Source: Cyanophyceae cyanobacterium (GTDB lineage: Bacteria; Cyanobacteriota; Cyanobacteriia; Cyanobacteriales; Laspinemataceae). From it: 64,000 bases of DNA. The position numbers were made by a program, and so were the translations under genes. The notes beneath the pieces were generated by a model. It was not told the DNA's origin, did not search any database, and saw nothing but the letters and a program-made list of their open reading frames with translations. The stretch is taken from positions 96,001-160,000 of the forward strand of contig JBBQFN010000005.1 of assembly GCA_038321985.1 (NCBI GenBank). Direction: 5' to 3'. Each line of letters opens with the position of its first letter. The stretch's first letter is position 1. Positions 50,989 through 61,279 of this stretch are shown here, piece after piece.

Positions 50989-52257
50989 ATGCGGATTCTG
51001 ATTTATTCCTACAACTATCATCCCGAGCCAATCGGTATCGCTCCTTTAATGACCGAATTGGCTGAAGGACTGGTGAATCGAGGGCATGAAGTGCGCGTCG
51101 TGACTGCAATGCCCAACTATCCAGAACGACGGATTTACCCAGGCTATGAGGGGAAATGGTATTTTAATGAAGACAGAAACGGCGTGAAAATTCAACGCAG
51201 CTTGGTATATATTCGTCCCGAACCTTCATTATTAGATCGAGTTTTACTCGATGGAAGCTTTGTCTTAAATAGTTTTCCTCATGCTTTAACGGGTTGGCGT
51301 CCGGACGTGATTCTAGCCACAGTTCCGCCCTTACCTGTCTGTATCCCGGCTACCTTATTAGGACGAATTAAAGGCTGTCCGGTAGTTTTAAATATTCAGG
51401 ATATTCAACATGAAGCAGCCGTTCACGTTGGGTTGTTAAAAAATACAAAGGTTATTCGAGCCTTTACAGAATTAGAAAAATTTGCCTGTAAAAATGCCGA
51501 AAAAATCAGCGTAATTGCTGAAGGATTTGTAGAAAATTTACTCAATAAATCCGTGCCACCGGAGAAAATTGCTTTAATTCCGAATTGGGTGGATACTAAT
51601 TTTATTCAGCCGTTACCAACAGAAAATAACGCATTTCGCCAGGAGCATCACTTGAATGGAAAATTTGTGGTGCTGTATTCTGGAAATATTGCCCTGACCC
51701 AGGATTTGCCAACAGCCATCAAAGCTGCGGCGCGACTGACTTATATTCCGGACATTGCCTTTGTGGTAGTTGGAGAAGGGAAAGCGATAGCTCGAGTGAG
51801 AGAATATTGTGAAATGTTTGGGGCGGATAATGTGACACTGCTGCCGTTTCAATCGCGCGAAAGTCTACCGGATATGTTGAGGGGGGTAGATGTAGGTTTA
51901 GTGTTGCAAAAACATAATGTAATTGGGTTTAATATGCCTTCCAAAATTCCGGTATTGCTGGCAAGTGGGCGGGCGATTGTGGGTTCAGTTCCGCCTACGG
52001 GTACCGCAGCGAAGGCGATTAAAAATAGTGAAGGTGGTGTTATTGTCCCCCCAGAAGACCCGGAAGCCCTGGCTAATGCTATTTTAGACCTGTATAAAAA
52101 CCCGCATAAAGTTGCGGAGTTGGGTCGAAAAGGGCGGGACTATGCGATCGCTCAGTATGCCTTTGAGGAAACCTTAACTAAATATGAAGCCTTATTTGAG
52201 GAGGCGATCGCCTCCCGTCAAAGACGGCATAACAGATCGGCTCCTGCAAAAGTTTAA
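50989..52257 (+). CDS. GT4 glycosyltransferase, WcaI-like
   Basis: MRILIYSYNYHPEPIGIAPLMTELAEGL..RGHEV.VVTAMPNYP, IPNWVD, LYSGNI, MPSKI; ATG 50989 inside track ORF 50917. Confidence 0.92.
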   Translation: MRILIYSYNYHPEPIGIAPLMTELAEGLVNRGHEVRVVTAMPNYPERRIYPGYEGKWYFNEDRNGVKIQRSLVYIRPEPSLLDRVLLDGSFVLNSFPHALTGWRPDVILATVPPLPVCIPATLLGRIKGCPVVLNIQDIQHEAAVHVGLLKNTKVIRAFTELEKFACKNAEKISVIAEGFVENLLNKSVPPEKIALIPNWVDTNFIQPLPTENNAFRQEHHLNGKFVVLYSGNIALTQDLPTAIKAAARLTYIPDIAFVVVGEGKAIARVREYCEMFGADNVTLLPFQSRESLPDMLRGVDVGLVLQKHNVIGFNMPSKIPVLLASGRAIVGSVPPTGTAAKAIKNSEGGVIVPPEDPEALANAILDLYKNPHKVAELGRKGRDYAIAQYAFEETLTKYEALFEEAIASRQRRHNRSAPAKV

Positions 52258-52468
52258 TTAAAGCAATCCAGACGCACCTAGGATAGACTTTCGGAGCAGG
52301 TTTTCCAATTTTGCGGCCCAGCATAACCGGATGGAAATAGCCCGGTTTATCTTCTTTAAAATAAGCTAATACTGGGTTAAAATAGAGAGGAAATCAGGAT
52401 ATTTTGTCTTTATTTTAAGGTTTGAGTTTCAAGATTAAGGGAGATTTTAAAAGGAGATTTCGATAGCT

Positions 52469-53062
52469 ATGCGCGATCGCCTCTTAACTTGGTTAGAGAA
52501 CCAGGTTACACCCCTACGACTGCAACACATTCTGCGCGTTGAGCAACTCTGTGGGGAACTGGCTAATCATCATCAACTCGACCCTGAACAAGCGAGACTA
52601 GCGGGGTTAATGCATGATTTAGCCAAATGCTTTAAACCGCAGCGTTTATTAAAGATGGCCCGTACAGAAGGCTTAGAAATTGATGAAATATTGGCAGGAG
52701 AACCGCATTTGTTACACGCGGAAGTGAGTGCAATTGTAGCCCGGGATGAGTTTGGGGTAAAAGACGAGGAAATTTTAGCGGCAATTCGCAATCATACCCT
52801 AGGCAGTCCAGGGATGAGCCCACTTAGTTGTGTCGTTTATTTGGCTGATACCTTAGAACCAGGACGAGGGAATAGCCCCGAACTGGAACAGTTACGGCAA
52901 GCCTGCTTTGAAAATTTAGTGAGCGCCTTGTGGAAGACGGGGGACTACTGCTTACGGCACCTCGTCGAACAGCAACGGCTGATTCACCCCCGGACAATAT
53001 TAACCCGGAACTGGGCCATGCAACAGAGCAAACAACGCCATCGAGTAGAAATAGGATCCTGA
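52469..53062 (+). CDS. yqeK: HD-domain Ap4A hydrolase YqeK
   Basis: RLQHILRV, AGLMHDLAK, LLHAEVSA, AIRNHTLG, VYLADTLEPGR; next to rsfS. Confidence 0.92.
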   Translation: MRDRLLTWLENQVTPLRLQHILRVEQLCGELANHHQLDPEQARLAGLMHDLAKCFKPQRLLKMARTEGLEIDEILAGEPHLLHAEVSAIVARDEFGVKDEEILAAIRNHTLGSPGMSPLSCVVYLADTLEPGRGNSPELEQLRQACFENLVSALWKTGDYCLRHLVEQQRLIHPRTILTRNWAMQQSKQRHRVEIGS

Positions 53063-53230
53063 AGCGATCGCATCTTCACCTAAAATTTGTTAGCATAAAC
53101 TTAAAAATCTCATCAAATCCGATATTAAACTCTCCGACAAGAGATGATCGGCTTTTTGAGCAGAAATTGAGTAAAAATTCCCAGATAAACAACTAAACCG
53201 GCCCCAACCTTCTACAAAAATGGAGAGTGA

Positions 53231-53665
53231 ATGACAGATTCTTCCCCGATTCAATCGACTACCTCCCTAACCCGAGAAAGCGCACAAACCGAAAACGACT
53301 CAGAAAGCTATCGGTTGGCGCTTTGTATTGCCCGGGCCGCAGACGACCGCAAAGGCGGTGATTTGGTCGTGTTGCGGGTGTCACAAGTCTCTTATCTCGC
53401 CGATTATTTTATTATTGTGACCGGCTATTCCCGGGTGCAGGTACGAGCGATTTCCGATTCCATCGCCCATGAAGCAGAACAAGAGTGTGAGCGGGCTCCT
53501 CGACGAGTCGAAGGACAGTATCATGGCAGTTGGCTGGTTCAAGACTACGGCGACGTGATCGTGCATATCCTGATGCCCACGGAACGGGAGTATTACAATT
53601 TAGAGGCATTTTGGGGACATGGCGAACGCCTAGACCTCAGTGCCGAACTCAACGGCGCACCCTAA
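53231..53665 (+). CDS. rsfS: Ribosome silencing factor RsfS (Iojap)
   Basis: AADDRKG.D, LADYFIIVTG.S..QVRAI, W...DYGDVIVHI....REYYNLEAFWG. Confidence 0.96.
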   Translation: MTDSSPIQSTTSLTRESAQTENDSESYRLALCIARAADDRKGGDLVVLRVSQVSYLADYFIIVTGYSRVQVRAISDSIAHEAEQECERAPRRVEGQYHGSWLVQDYGDVIVHILMPTEREYYNLEAFWGHGERLDLSAELNGAP

Positions 53666-53674
53666 GAAATAGCG

Positions 53675-54175
53675 ATGAGGGAAACGTCTGTGTCTGCCTG
53701 CCCCGTGCCTCCGGATTGGCAACCGCTCAATGAATACCAAGACCTTCAGGAGTCCTGTTTTTTTAGCTGGGCGACCCGCGATATCAAAGGCTATCTCAGT
53801 AAAATGGGCTGGATTTTGGGAGTCTGCGTCACAGTCTGTGCGCCCGTTGCAGCAGCGAGTTTTCCTCCAGCTAAGGACTTAGGTCGATTTATCCTAGGGA
53901 GTGCCGGGGGTGGCGGATTGATTTTGACCTTAGTGCTGCTCAGACTTTACTTAGGTTGGCGCTATGTCCGAGATCGCCTCTTCAATGCCACCATTTTCTA
54001 TGAAGAGTCGGGATGGTACGACGGCCAAACCTGGCCGAAAACGCCGGAAATCCTAACCCGCGATCGCCTCGTGGTCCGCCATCAACTCCAACCCATCCTC
54101 GATCGCCTCCATCGAACCTTTGCCATCCTCGGTTTATTGGTCCTGGCAGGTGCGATCGCGTGGAATTTGGTATAA
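53675..54175 (+). CDS. ycf36: CGLD27/Ycf36 (DUF1230) membrane protein
   Basis: CPVP..WQPLNEYQ.L..S.FFSW, RLYLGW.YV.DRL, YEESGWYDGQ.W.K. Confidence 0.88.
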   Translation: MRETSVSACPVPPDWQPLNEYQDLQESCFFSWATRDIKGYLSKMGWILGVCVTVCAPVAAASFPPAKDLGRFILGSAGGGGLILTLVLLRLYLGWRYVRDRLFNATIFYEESGWYDGQTWPKTPEILTRDRLVVRHQLQPILDRLHRTFAILGLLVLAGAIAWNLV

Positions 54176-54283
54176 ACAAGGCAGTAGCGGGGCAGTCCGT
54201 TCCGCGTTCCACCCAAGAGAGTGGACCGGCTGACCCTCAACATTCACCCATTCTATCCCTAAAAAAGGCAATAAAATTAACCC

Positions 54284-55237
54284 ATGACAATGGGAAAACG
54301 TACCGCAGCAGCAGCCATCGAAGTCCGCTTGCTGCGCGAAGGAATTACTGAATCAGTCCATCATGTCCAGGCCGTCGTTTGTGATAACCGAGGTCGGGTT
54401 CTGTCCGTTGCCGGTAATTCAGAAACCACCGCCTTCGTCCGGAGTGCCCTCAAACCCTTTCAAGCCCTAGCGGTGACCACTACAGGCACCCTAGAACGCT
54501 TCGGTCTCAACGATCGCGACCTCGCCATTATTTGTAGTTCCCACAAAGGAACCATAGAACAGGCGAGGCAAGCGTTTAACGTTCTGTGGCGGTGTGATGT
54601 CGATACCACCGCCCTCCACTGTCCGACCCCCCTGGGCAAAGACAGCCCCCTCAGCCATAACTGTTCCGGCAAACACGCTGGAATGTTAGCCGTCTGCAAA
54701 CAGCGCAATTTTGCCCTGGAAACCTATACTCAGCGCAATCACCCAGTACAGCGTTTGATTATCACGAAAATCGCTGAATTACTGCGGATGCCTGCGGAAG
54801 AGTTTATCAGTGCGCGAGATGATTGTGGTGCGCCGACCTATCTGATGGAATTAGGACAGATGGCCTCCCTGTATGCCCATTTGTCTTCCGGGGATAACCT
54901 AGATATGGAACGCATCGTGCGTGCCATGACCCATCACCCGGCCTTGATTTCGGGACCCGGTGAGTTCGATACCGAACTGATGCGCTTAAGCGAAGGGGAA
55001 CTGGTTAGTAAAGGCGGTGCCGAAGGCGTCCTCTGCATCGGACGGGAAGGGGAAGGTATGGGTTTAGCCATCAAAGTCATGGATGGAACGAAACGGGCAA
55101 AACACGCCGTGGCGATTCATTTACTCAAACAACTGGGGTGGATTGACCCGGCGATCGCCGAGACCCTCTCCGAAACCCATATCACCCTCAATCCCTATAA
55201 GCGTCTTGACGTTGTAGGGGAATTGTCGATGCTTTAA
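54284..55237 (+). CDS. L-asparaginase II family protein
   Basis: RSALKPFQA, CSSHKG, HNCSGKHAGML, DDCGAP, SKGGAEG, LAIKVMDG. Confidence 0.92.
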   Translation: MTMGKRTAAAAIEVRLLREGITESVHHVQAVVCDNRGRVLSVAGNSETTAFVRSALKPFQALAVTTTGTLERFGLNDRDLAIICSSHKGTIEQARQAFNVLWRCDVDTTALHCPTPLGKDSPLSHNCSGKHAGMLAVCKQRNFALETYTQRNHPVQRLIITKIAELLRMPAEEFISARDDCGAPTYLMELGQMASLYAHLSSGDNLDMERIVRAMTHHPALISGPGEFDTELMRLSEGELVSKGGAEGVLCIGREGEGMGLAIKVMDGTKRAKHAVAIHLLKQLGWIDPAIAETLSETHITLNPYKRLDVVGELSML

Positions 55238-55278
55238 GGTAACTGGGATTAAGGGCGATCGCGTTCCGGGAATTCGGA

Positions 55279-55515
55279 AACGATTGAAGTCGTTACTACA
55301 AACGGGGGAGAGTATTTTTTCTTCCTTGTTCGTAGTAACGACTTTAGTCGTTGTGCTCTTGGTTCGTAGTAACGACTTTAGTCGTTCTTCTTACCCCCAG
55401 AAACCCGGAAACGACTAAAGTCGTTACTACAAACGGGGAATGGGGAAATCCTCAATTCAGGCGTTATCTTCTTACCCCCAGAAACCCGGAAACAACTAAA
55501 GTTGTTACTACAAAC
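55279..55515. repeat. Cluster of five 25-bp GTAG-type REP-like palindromic units (REPIN/BIME-like)
   Basis: Consensus AACGACTAAAGTCGTTACTAC(A/G)AAC at 55279(+), 55328(-), 55362(-), 55410(+), 55491(+). Confidence 0.88.
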
Positions 55516-55530
55516 GTAGAAAGAGGAAAC

Positions 55531-57789
55531 CTACTCATCCTCCCACGGGACCCAAGCATTTAATACGGATAATAAGGGACCCGTTTGTTCCTGACCATTG
55601 GTGGCTAAATCGCTGTGACATAAAATTACCCGACTGCTGACCCGACCCAATAAATCCAGGACAATTCGCTGCAATCGGTCCTCATCATTGCGGATTTCCT
55701 CCTCCTGAGTCCAAGGGTCACCGGACCAACTCTGCAAGAATAACGGCGCGGCAAATAAACTTGCTGCACCTCCGCGAGACCATAACGGCGAACCAATATC
55801 TAACCAAAAGTGCCAACGGTGAAACTGTCGCGCCGCCCGATATTGGAAAATTGTCGCGAGGGTGACGCAATCGGGTTTTGAACCCAATGCACTCACGGGG
55901 AAAGGATTAGCGGTAATGGTTCCTTTGCGAAGCAGTTGGATAAATTGACCCACGGTTACATAACCGGGCGCATCCTGTTCTCCACAGCGGCGTAAGCGTC
56001 CGTCCACCTCCCAATAATGTTGGGCCGTTTCCATTAACTCCCGCAGGGCGGCAATTTGGTCGTAAGGCAAACTGCTCGAATTCCCTAACAACTCCTGAAT
56101 CGCCAGGGTGAGTAGCGCCATTGGACTGGGAATTTTGCCTTGAGCCAGCTGCGATCGCCTCTGTTCGATCCAGTCTAGAATCTCCTTATAAACGGTGGTT
56201 GCCCGATATCCTAAACGGTCCCAGCGGGGAAATGCGGTCACTGGCAACAATCGCGGCTGTTCCGTCGCGGGAGAATAGCAATGATCCACCAATAAACCCG
56301 CACGGACGGGATCAATCAAGAAGGATGCAGGATGGACGAGGGTTGTACCTTCCTCCTGGGGTTCCAGGGATTCCCAGTCTGGACGACGACTGAGGACGAC
56401 GAGCATTTCCGCCACACTATCTCGGTCTACCAGACGTCCTAAACCGGGATAAACCAGGGCTAAGAGGGTGAGTAAGGCGCGAATCACAGGGACCGTAGCG
56501 AGGGGTCGTTGTTCATTGAGGGATTGTACAGGAATCCCTTTGCTGGTGAGGATAGAGTGGAGGGTATAGCGGGCGATCGCATCTAAACCGGGGGCAATCA
56601 CCGCAATTTCTGACGGGGCCACCTTGCCAGTATGGACTGCTGAGGCGATCGCCTCCCCGGTTTCCCGCAATAGTTGCGATCGCGCCGTGGTTTGGATCGA
56701 CCCCACCGGCAGAGAAAATCCCCCCTCCTCCATTTCCCCGAGGTACACCGTCGGGTCTTCCATCACCTGTAAGGCCATTTTTCCCAAAGTCCCCTGCAAC
56801 CCGCTACTAACCTCTAACTGCTGTTGCTGACAACGGGACGCTAAACCTGCCAGATAATCCGGATCCGCACCTAAACCCTGACGCACAGAACCCTGGGGAT
56901 TATAAGTAAAAACCCCCGGAATTCCCGCATCTAGCAGAACCTCAAACAAATCCCGGACAATTTTGGGGTATTCATCCACATCATCGGCAAATACTCCTGG
57001 ATAGCGACGGATTAAATGGTCCTGATAGGTTGCATTCGGCAGTAAATGCCGCCAGTACAATTCCGTGATAATCCCGTAGGTGAGTAAACCCCGGGCAAGA
57101 CACCACCTGCGCCAATTCAGCAACACTTCCCCCATGCAGTCCCAGAGGTGCGCATCCCCCGCCTGATTCTCAATCCCTTCGGATAAAATCACCGGAATAT
57201 CTTCGAGACGTCTGCCGCTAGAGGCCGCCAGTTGCAACAAGTCCAAGGTCCGCCGGACCATGCGATACTCGCTGACTCCCTCTTGGCGGAGACGTCCTGA
57301 GTCTAGTGCATCTCTCCATAAGCGGGTCGCCAATTCTTGCTCAGTTTCTGGACGGACCCGCAGGGGAAACTCGGCCCTAAGAGCAAGTTGTTGAATCAAG
57401 AGGGGCCAAAATAACATCACTTCCCGCTGGAAAAAGGCCAAGGGGGTAGAGGAGTCGATCGGATAGGAACTCGAAGTGGCATGGGTGATGCGATCATTTA
57501 AAGGAATGCGATCGTCTCCCGTTGCGGCAAATACCAATAACGGCGGTTCATCTTGTCCCACCCTTACCGATCGCCCTCGGGTCTGAGAGATTAAGGTATC
57601 CTGTTTCTGCCTGAGTCCCTGTCGGACTGTGGCGGTGGTGGAATCAGCCGCAATTATGGGATTTCTGTTCCGCGCAGGGCGGCTGCCCTGGTCCCCATTG
57701 GATTCAACCCAGTTGCACAACTCCTGAACCAAACGACCCGTCTTACCACTGCCGGTCGATCCGACTATCCAAATTGACTCTTTACCCAC
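55531..57789 (-). CDS. Degenerate UvrD/SF1-helicase-like P-loop protein
   Basis: Walker A GSTGSGKT, Walker B-like FADDVDEY, EIAVIAP, eroded C-terminal motifs V and VI. Confidence 0.6.
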   Translation of the reverse strand: MGKESIWIVGSTGSGKTGRLVQELCNWVESNGDQGSRPARNRNPIIAADSTTATVRQGLRQKQDTLISQTRGRSVRVGQDEPPLLVFAATGDDRIPLNDRITHATSSSYPIDSSTPLAFFQREVMLFWPLLIQQLALRAEFPLRVRPETEQELATRLWRDALDSGRLRQEGVSEYRMVRRTLDLLQLAASSGRRLEDIPVILSEGIENQAGDAHLWDCMGEVLLNWRRWCLARGLLTYGIITELYWRHLLPNATYQDHLIRRYPGVFADDVDEYPKIVRDLFEVLLDAGIPGVFTYNPQGSVRQGLGADPDYLAGLASRCQQQQLEVSSGLQGTLGKMALQVMEDPTVYLGEMEEGGFSLPVGSIQTTARSQLLRETGEAIASAVHTGKVAPSEIAVIAPGLDAIARYTLHSILTSKGIPVQSLNEQRPLATVPVIRALLTLLALVYPGLGRLVDRDSVAEMLVVLSRRPDWESLEPQEEGTTLVHPASFLIDPVRAGLLVDHCYSPATEQPRLLPVTAFPRWDRLGYRATTVYKEILDWIEQRRSQLAQGKIPSPMALLTLAIQELLGNSSSLPYDQIAALRELMETAQHYWEVDGRLRRCGEQDAPGYVTVGQFIQLLRKGTITANPFPVSALGSKPDCVTLATIFQYRAARQFHRWHFWLDIGSPLWSRGGAASLFAAPLFLQSWSGDPWTQEEEIRNDEDRLQRIVLDLLGRVSSRVILCHSDLATNGQEQTGPLLSVLNAWVPWEDE

Positions 57790-58079
57790 CCCTAATCCTC
57801 TCCCAAATTTGTTAATATACGACCACTGTAGGTTGCTTGCCCGAGGCGTTTATTCTTATTATTGCTTTTTGTCCGAAGGGATTGCATCTTAACCGTTGCA
57901 GACAGCGGGGCGATCGCAAAGATTGTCTCAGCAAGGGAAACAGTGAACTCTAGGGTCTAAAAAACCGAAGTCATGAGGTGAACTCCTGATTGTATTTCGA
58001 TAAAAACAGCCTCAACTGGATTCAGCCAGAGGGTTTAGAGTGTCAGGGTTCGAGTCAGTCTTAGACAAATCGTACTCGG

Positions 58080-59576
58080 TTGGTTCGAGAAAGAATGGTT
58101 ATGAAAAGGCAGAAATATTCTTCTAATCAAGCAGGGTTTTTTACCTCGGCTAAACAATGGCTGCTAGAAACCCCCGACCGCTCCCTTGAACTAGCCTATA
58201 AAGCAGCGCTAAATATTCAAGAACTGGAAAAAAAATATTTTAACGGGCAACAAATTTCCCCCCAGAACTCTACCCATGGAGAAGCTGTTTTTTCGGTTTA
58301 TGAATCAGATTTAAAACGGAATTTAAGTATTATTAAACTGCGATTAAAGGAATTTAGAAATAGCCGGTCGTTTGTGGAGATTTACAAACAATCCAAATTA
58401 GGCGATCGTCCCTTTGATGACGCCATCCCGGTTCGGGCAGTGTCTCCCGAGGAAACCCGTCTGCCCACAAACGCCGTTAGTTTCTCCCCCCTCTCTCCAT
58501 CGGCTATTTTAGATAAACTCAGTTTTATTGATGAAATCACGGCCAAATACACCCGCCCGGAAGTTCAATCTTCTTCTCCTCGTACCTTAACTGACTCCAC
58601 CCCCTCCTACACCTTAGAAATCAAAAAAACAGCCAGTTTAAATAGTAATAAAAAGTCTTCCCGAGTCATCAATGAAGAGGCCACGTCGGACCCGGAACCA
58701 GAGACGAAAGAAATAGGCTCTCTCGCCGGTCAAACCAGCTTCTTGCCCCGCTCGATTTTAAGAACTCTGGATCGTCTCAAACGGGAATTAGACCCCAAAG
58801 CAGAAGAGGAAGTGGTCCAGGAATTCCGCCTGTCTAAAACGAAAACCATCGTTTCTCTGAAGTTTATTTTACTCCTCATTCTAATTCCCCTGCTGACCCA
58901 ACAAGTTGCCAAAAACTTTGTCGTGGGTCCAATCTACGATCGCCTGATCGGAACCCAGGCTGAAATCTTTCTAAATGTGGATATGAAAGAAAAAGCCTTA
59001 ATGGAATTAACCCAATTTCATGAAATGCTGGAATTCGAGGAATTGCTGGCAACCCAACTCGAAAAATTAGAAGGACCGGAAAAAGAGCAACTCAAATTTA
59101 TCGGTAAAATTCCGCAGCACTTATCAGAAGAAGACGTTGAACAACAAATTAAATTTAAAGCCTTGGAAGTAGCCAAGCAATATACTTATGAAAGTAGTGA
59201 TGCTATTAAAAATATTTTTTCTGATATCTTTTCCTTCGTTGCCTTTGGGGTAGTGATTTATAACAGCCGTCGCGAAATAGAAAGCCTTAAATCATTCCTT
59301 GATGATCTAGTTTATGGATTGAGTGACAGCGCCAAAGCATTCATCATTATCTTATTTACCGATGTCTTCGTCGGATTCCACTCCCCCCATGGCTGGGAAA
59401 TCGTCTTAGAAGGGATTTCTCGCCATCTCGGACTCCCGGAAAACCGAGATTTTATTTATCTATTTATTGCCACCTTCCCAGTGATTCTGGATACAGTTTT
59501 TAAATATTGGATCTTCCGTTATCTGAATCGGATTTCACCTTCGGCTGTTGCCACTTATCGGAATATGAATGAGTAA
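58080..59576 (+). CDS. pxcA: Proton extrusion protein PxcA (CotA/CemA family); start probably 58095 or 58101
   Basis: TPDRSLE.AY.AA, LPRSILRT, GLSDSAKAFIIILFTDVFVGFHSPHGWE, FPVILDTVFKYWIFRYLNRISPSAVATY. Confidence 0.96.
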   Translation: MVRERMVMKRQKYSSNQAGFFTSAKQWLLETPDRSLELAYKAALNIQELEKKYFNGQQISPQNSTHGEAVFSVYESDLKRNLSIIKLRLKEFRNSRSFVEIYKQSKLGDRPFDDAIPVRAVSPEETRLPTNAVSFSPLSPSAILDKLSFIDEITAKYTRPEVQSSSPRTLTDSTPSYTLEIKKTASLNSNKKSSRVINEEATSDPEPETKEIGSLAGQTSFLPRSILRTLDRLKRELDPKAEEEVVQEFRLSKTKTIVSLKFILLLILIPLLTQQVAKNFVVGPIYDRLIGTQAEIFLNVDMKEKALMELTQFHEMLEFEELLATQLEKLEGPEKEQLKFIGKIPQHLSEEDVEQQIKFKALEVAKQYTYESSDAIKNIFSDIFSFVAFGVVIYNSRREIESLKSFLDDLVYGLSDSAKAFIIILFTDVFVGFHSPHGWEIVLEGISRHLGLPENRDFIYLFIATFPVILDTVFKYWIFRYLNRISPSAVATYRNMNE

Positions 59577-59595
59577 AGATTTTTACGCGGCGGCT

Positions 59596-60258
59596 TTAGG
59601 CTGGATCCGGACTCGGTTTTTCCTCAACTTTGCGGGGATAGCGGGGACGGCAGGGACTGCCAAAGCAAATTTGACCCTCGGGCATATTGGCAAACACACT
59701 ACTGCGAGCCCCGATCGCCGCATTTGCGCCAATTTTGACCCCAGGGGCGATAAAACAGTCGGCGGCAATCCAGACTCCGTTACCAATTTCTACAGGTGCT
59801 GTGTCTAGGTTAAATGTGGGGTCGTCGAGACGATGACTGCCGGTACAGAGGTAGCTTTCTTGGGAAATTACGCAATGCTGTCCAATCCGAATATGATCCA
59901 GACTATATAAAACGACATCATCCCCTATCCAGGAATAGTCCCCGACGACGATTTTCCAAGGGTAGGTAAATCGGGCAGTAGGGCGAATCAGCACCCCGGT
60001 ACCAATTTTGGCCCCAAATCGCCGCAACAACCACCGGCGAAATCCGTGGGCAAAATGAGGACTTAAGGGGAAAGCGACCCCTTGTACTAACCACCACAGC
60101 AATATAAACCCACTTGAGCGCCCGCGATCAAACCACGATTGATTATATTGCCGTAAGTCTATGAAAGAGGGTGCATCGAGTACGGGATCCGGTGCTGTCG
60201 CTGCTTTACCGGGGAGGCGACTGGGGTCAAAATTAGCTTCGGGTAGGGAATCACTCAT
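59596..60258 (-). CDS. WcaF/HpsU-type polysaccharide O-acetyltransferase (hexapeptide repeat)
   Basis: DLRQYNQSWFDRGRS, LLRRFGAKIG, FTYPWK, SQESYLCTGSH, IGNGVWIA. Confidence 0.9.
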   Translation of the reverse strand: MSDSLPEANFDPSRLPGKAATAPDPVLDAPSFIDLRQYNQSWFDRGRSSGFILLWWLVQGVAFPLSPHFAHGFRRWLLRRFGAKIGTGVLIRPTARFTYPWKIVVGDYSWIGDDVVLYSLDHIRIGQHCVISQESYLCTGSHRLDDPTFNLDTAPVEIGNGVWIAADCFIAPGVKIGANAAIGARSSVFANMPEGQICFGSPCRPRYPRKVEEKPSPDPA

Positions 60259-60368
60259 TTTATTAGAGGCGGATGATTAGAGACTGAAAGTGGTTTCCAT
60301 GAGGGGGATGGGACAAGTTTTAAAGCGGTTTGTGAGTGGCACAGATTGAGGCGATTTTCCCTTGAATT

Positions 60369-61208
60369 TTATTTGCTTTGCTCACTCCGAGAACGAATGA
60401 ATTCCCCGAGAAAAGCGATCGCCCCGGAGGAGAGAATTAGCACCACACTCAAAGCATTAATATCCGGTTTAACGCCGGTTCTAATCCGCCCAAAAATTTC
60501 CATCGGTAGAGTTACGGCACCGCTGCCCGATGTGAAGGAAGCAATCAGTAAATCATCCAAACTCAGGACAAAGGCTAACAGACAACCGGAAACAATTCCC
60601 GGCATCAATTGCGGAAGTAAGACTTGCATAAAAGACTGGACGGGAGTCGCACCCAAATCTAGGGCCGCTTCTTCTAGATGAGGGTCTAAGTCGCTGAGGC
60701 GAGTAGAAACGACTAACCCAATATAGGCCAGACAGAAGACAATATGGGCGGCGATAATGGTCCAAATGCTGAGGTTAATTTGGACTGCGGCTAAAAAGAC
60801 TAGAGTCGCCACGGCGATCGCAATATCTGGGATGATCAAAGGCAGATAGGACACGCCCAAATATAAACTTTTACCCCGAAATCGATAGCGGGATAACCCC
60901 ACTGCCATCAATGTCCCCACGATTGCAGAAATAGTAATTGCAGAAAATCCCACAATCAAACTATTTTTTAGGGCTTTTAAAATAGCTTCATCTTGAAATA
61001 AAGTAACATACCATTTTAAGGTAAATCCTTCCCAACTCGCACTATAGCGAGACTCATTAAAGCTGTAAAAAGCAAGTACCAAAATGGGTAGGTACATGAA
61101 AAAAAACATGGACCCGGCAAAAGCTATCTGCCAAGAGATCCTAATTCGACTCTGGCTTTTTAACATATCTACCGGAATGTCCTCCTGTTTGAGCCTCGTT
61201 TCTGTCAT
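60369..61208 (-). CDS. potC: Polyamine ABC transporter permease PotC
   Basis: YLPILVL..YSFN, GFTLKWY, EAA loop LEEAALDLGA, FVLSLDD, TLPMEIF. Confidence 0.9.
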   Translation of the reverse strand: MTETRLKQEDIPVDMLKSQSRIRISWQIAFAGSMFFFMYLPILVLAFYSFNESRYSASWEGFTLKWYVTLFQDEAILKALKNSLIVGFSAITISAIVGTLMAVGLSRYRFRGKSLYLGVSYLPLIIPDIAIAVATLVFLAAVQINLSIWTIIAAHIVFCLAYIGLVVSTRLSDLDPHLEEAALDLGATPVQSFMQVLLPQLMPGIVSGCLLAFVLSLDDLLIASFTSGSGAVTLPMEIFGRIRTGVKPDINALSVVLILSSGAIAFLGEFIRSRSEQSK

Positions 61209-61279
61209 GCAATTTCACCACGCAAGCATTAGCTAGGATAACCTCTTTTCAATCTACCCTTGAGGCGGGTTTAAGGGTT

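Noticed and set aside
55279..55515. Possible CRISPR array
   Set aside because: Units are in mixed orientation, spacing is irregular (9-56 bp), the intervening DNA is partly duplicated rather than unique, and no cas genes are present
55351..55563. 70-aa ORF with a repeated peptide (LLTPRNPETTKVVTTN)
   Set aside because: It is simply the translation of the REP cluster
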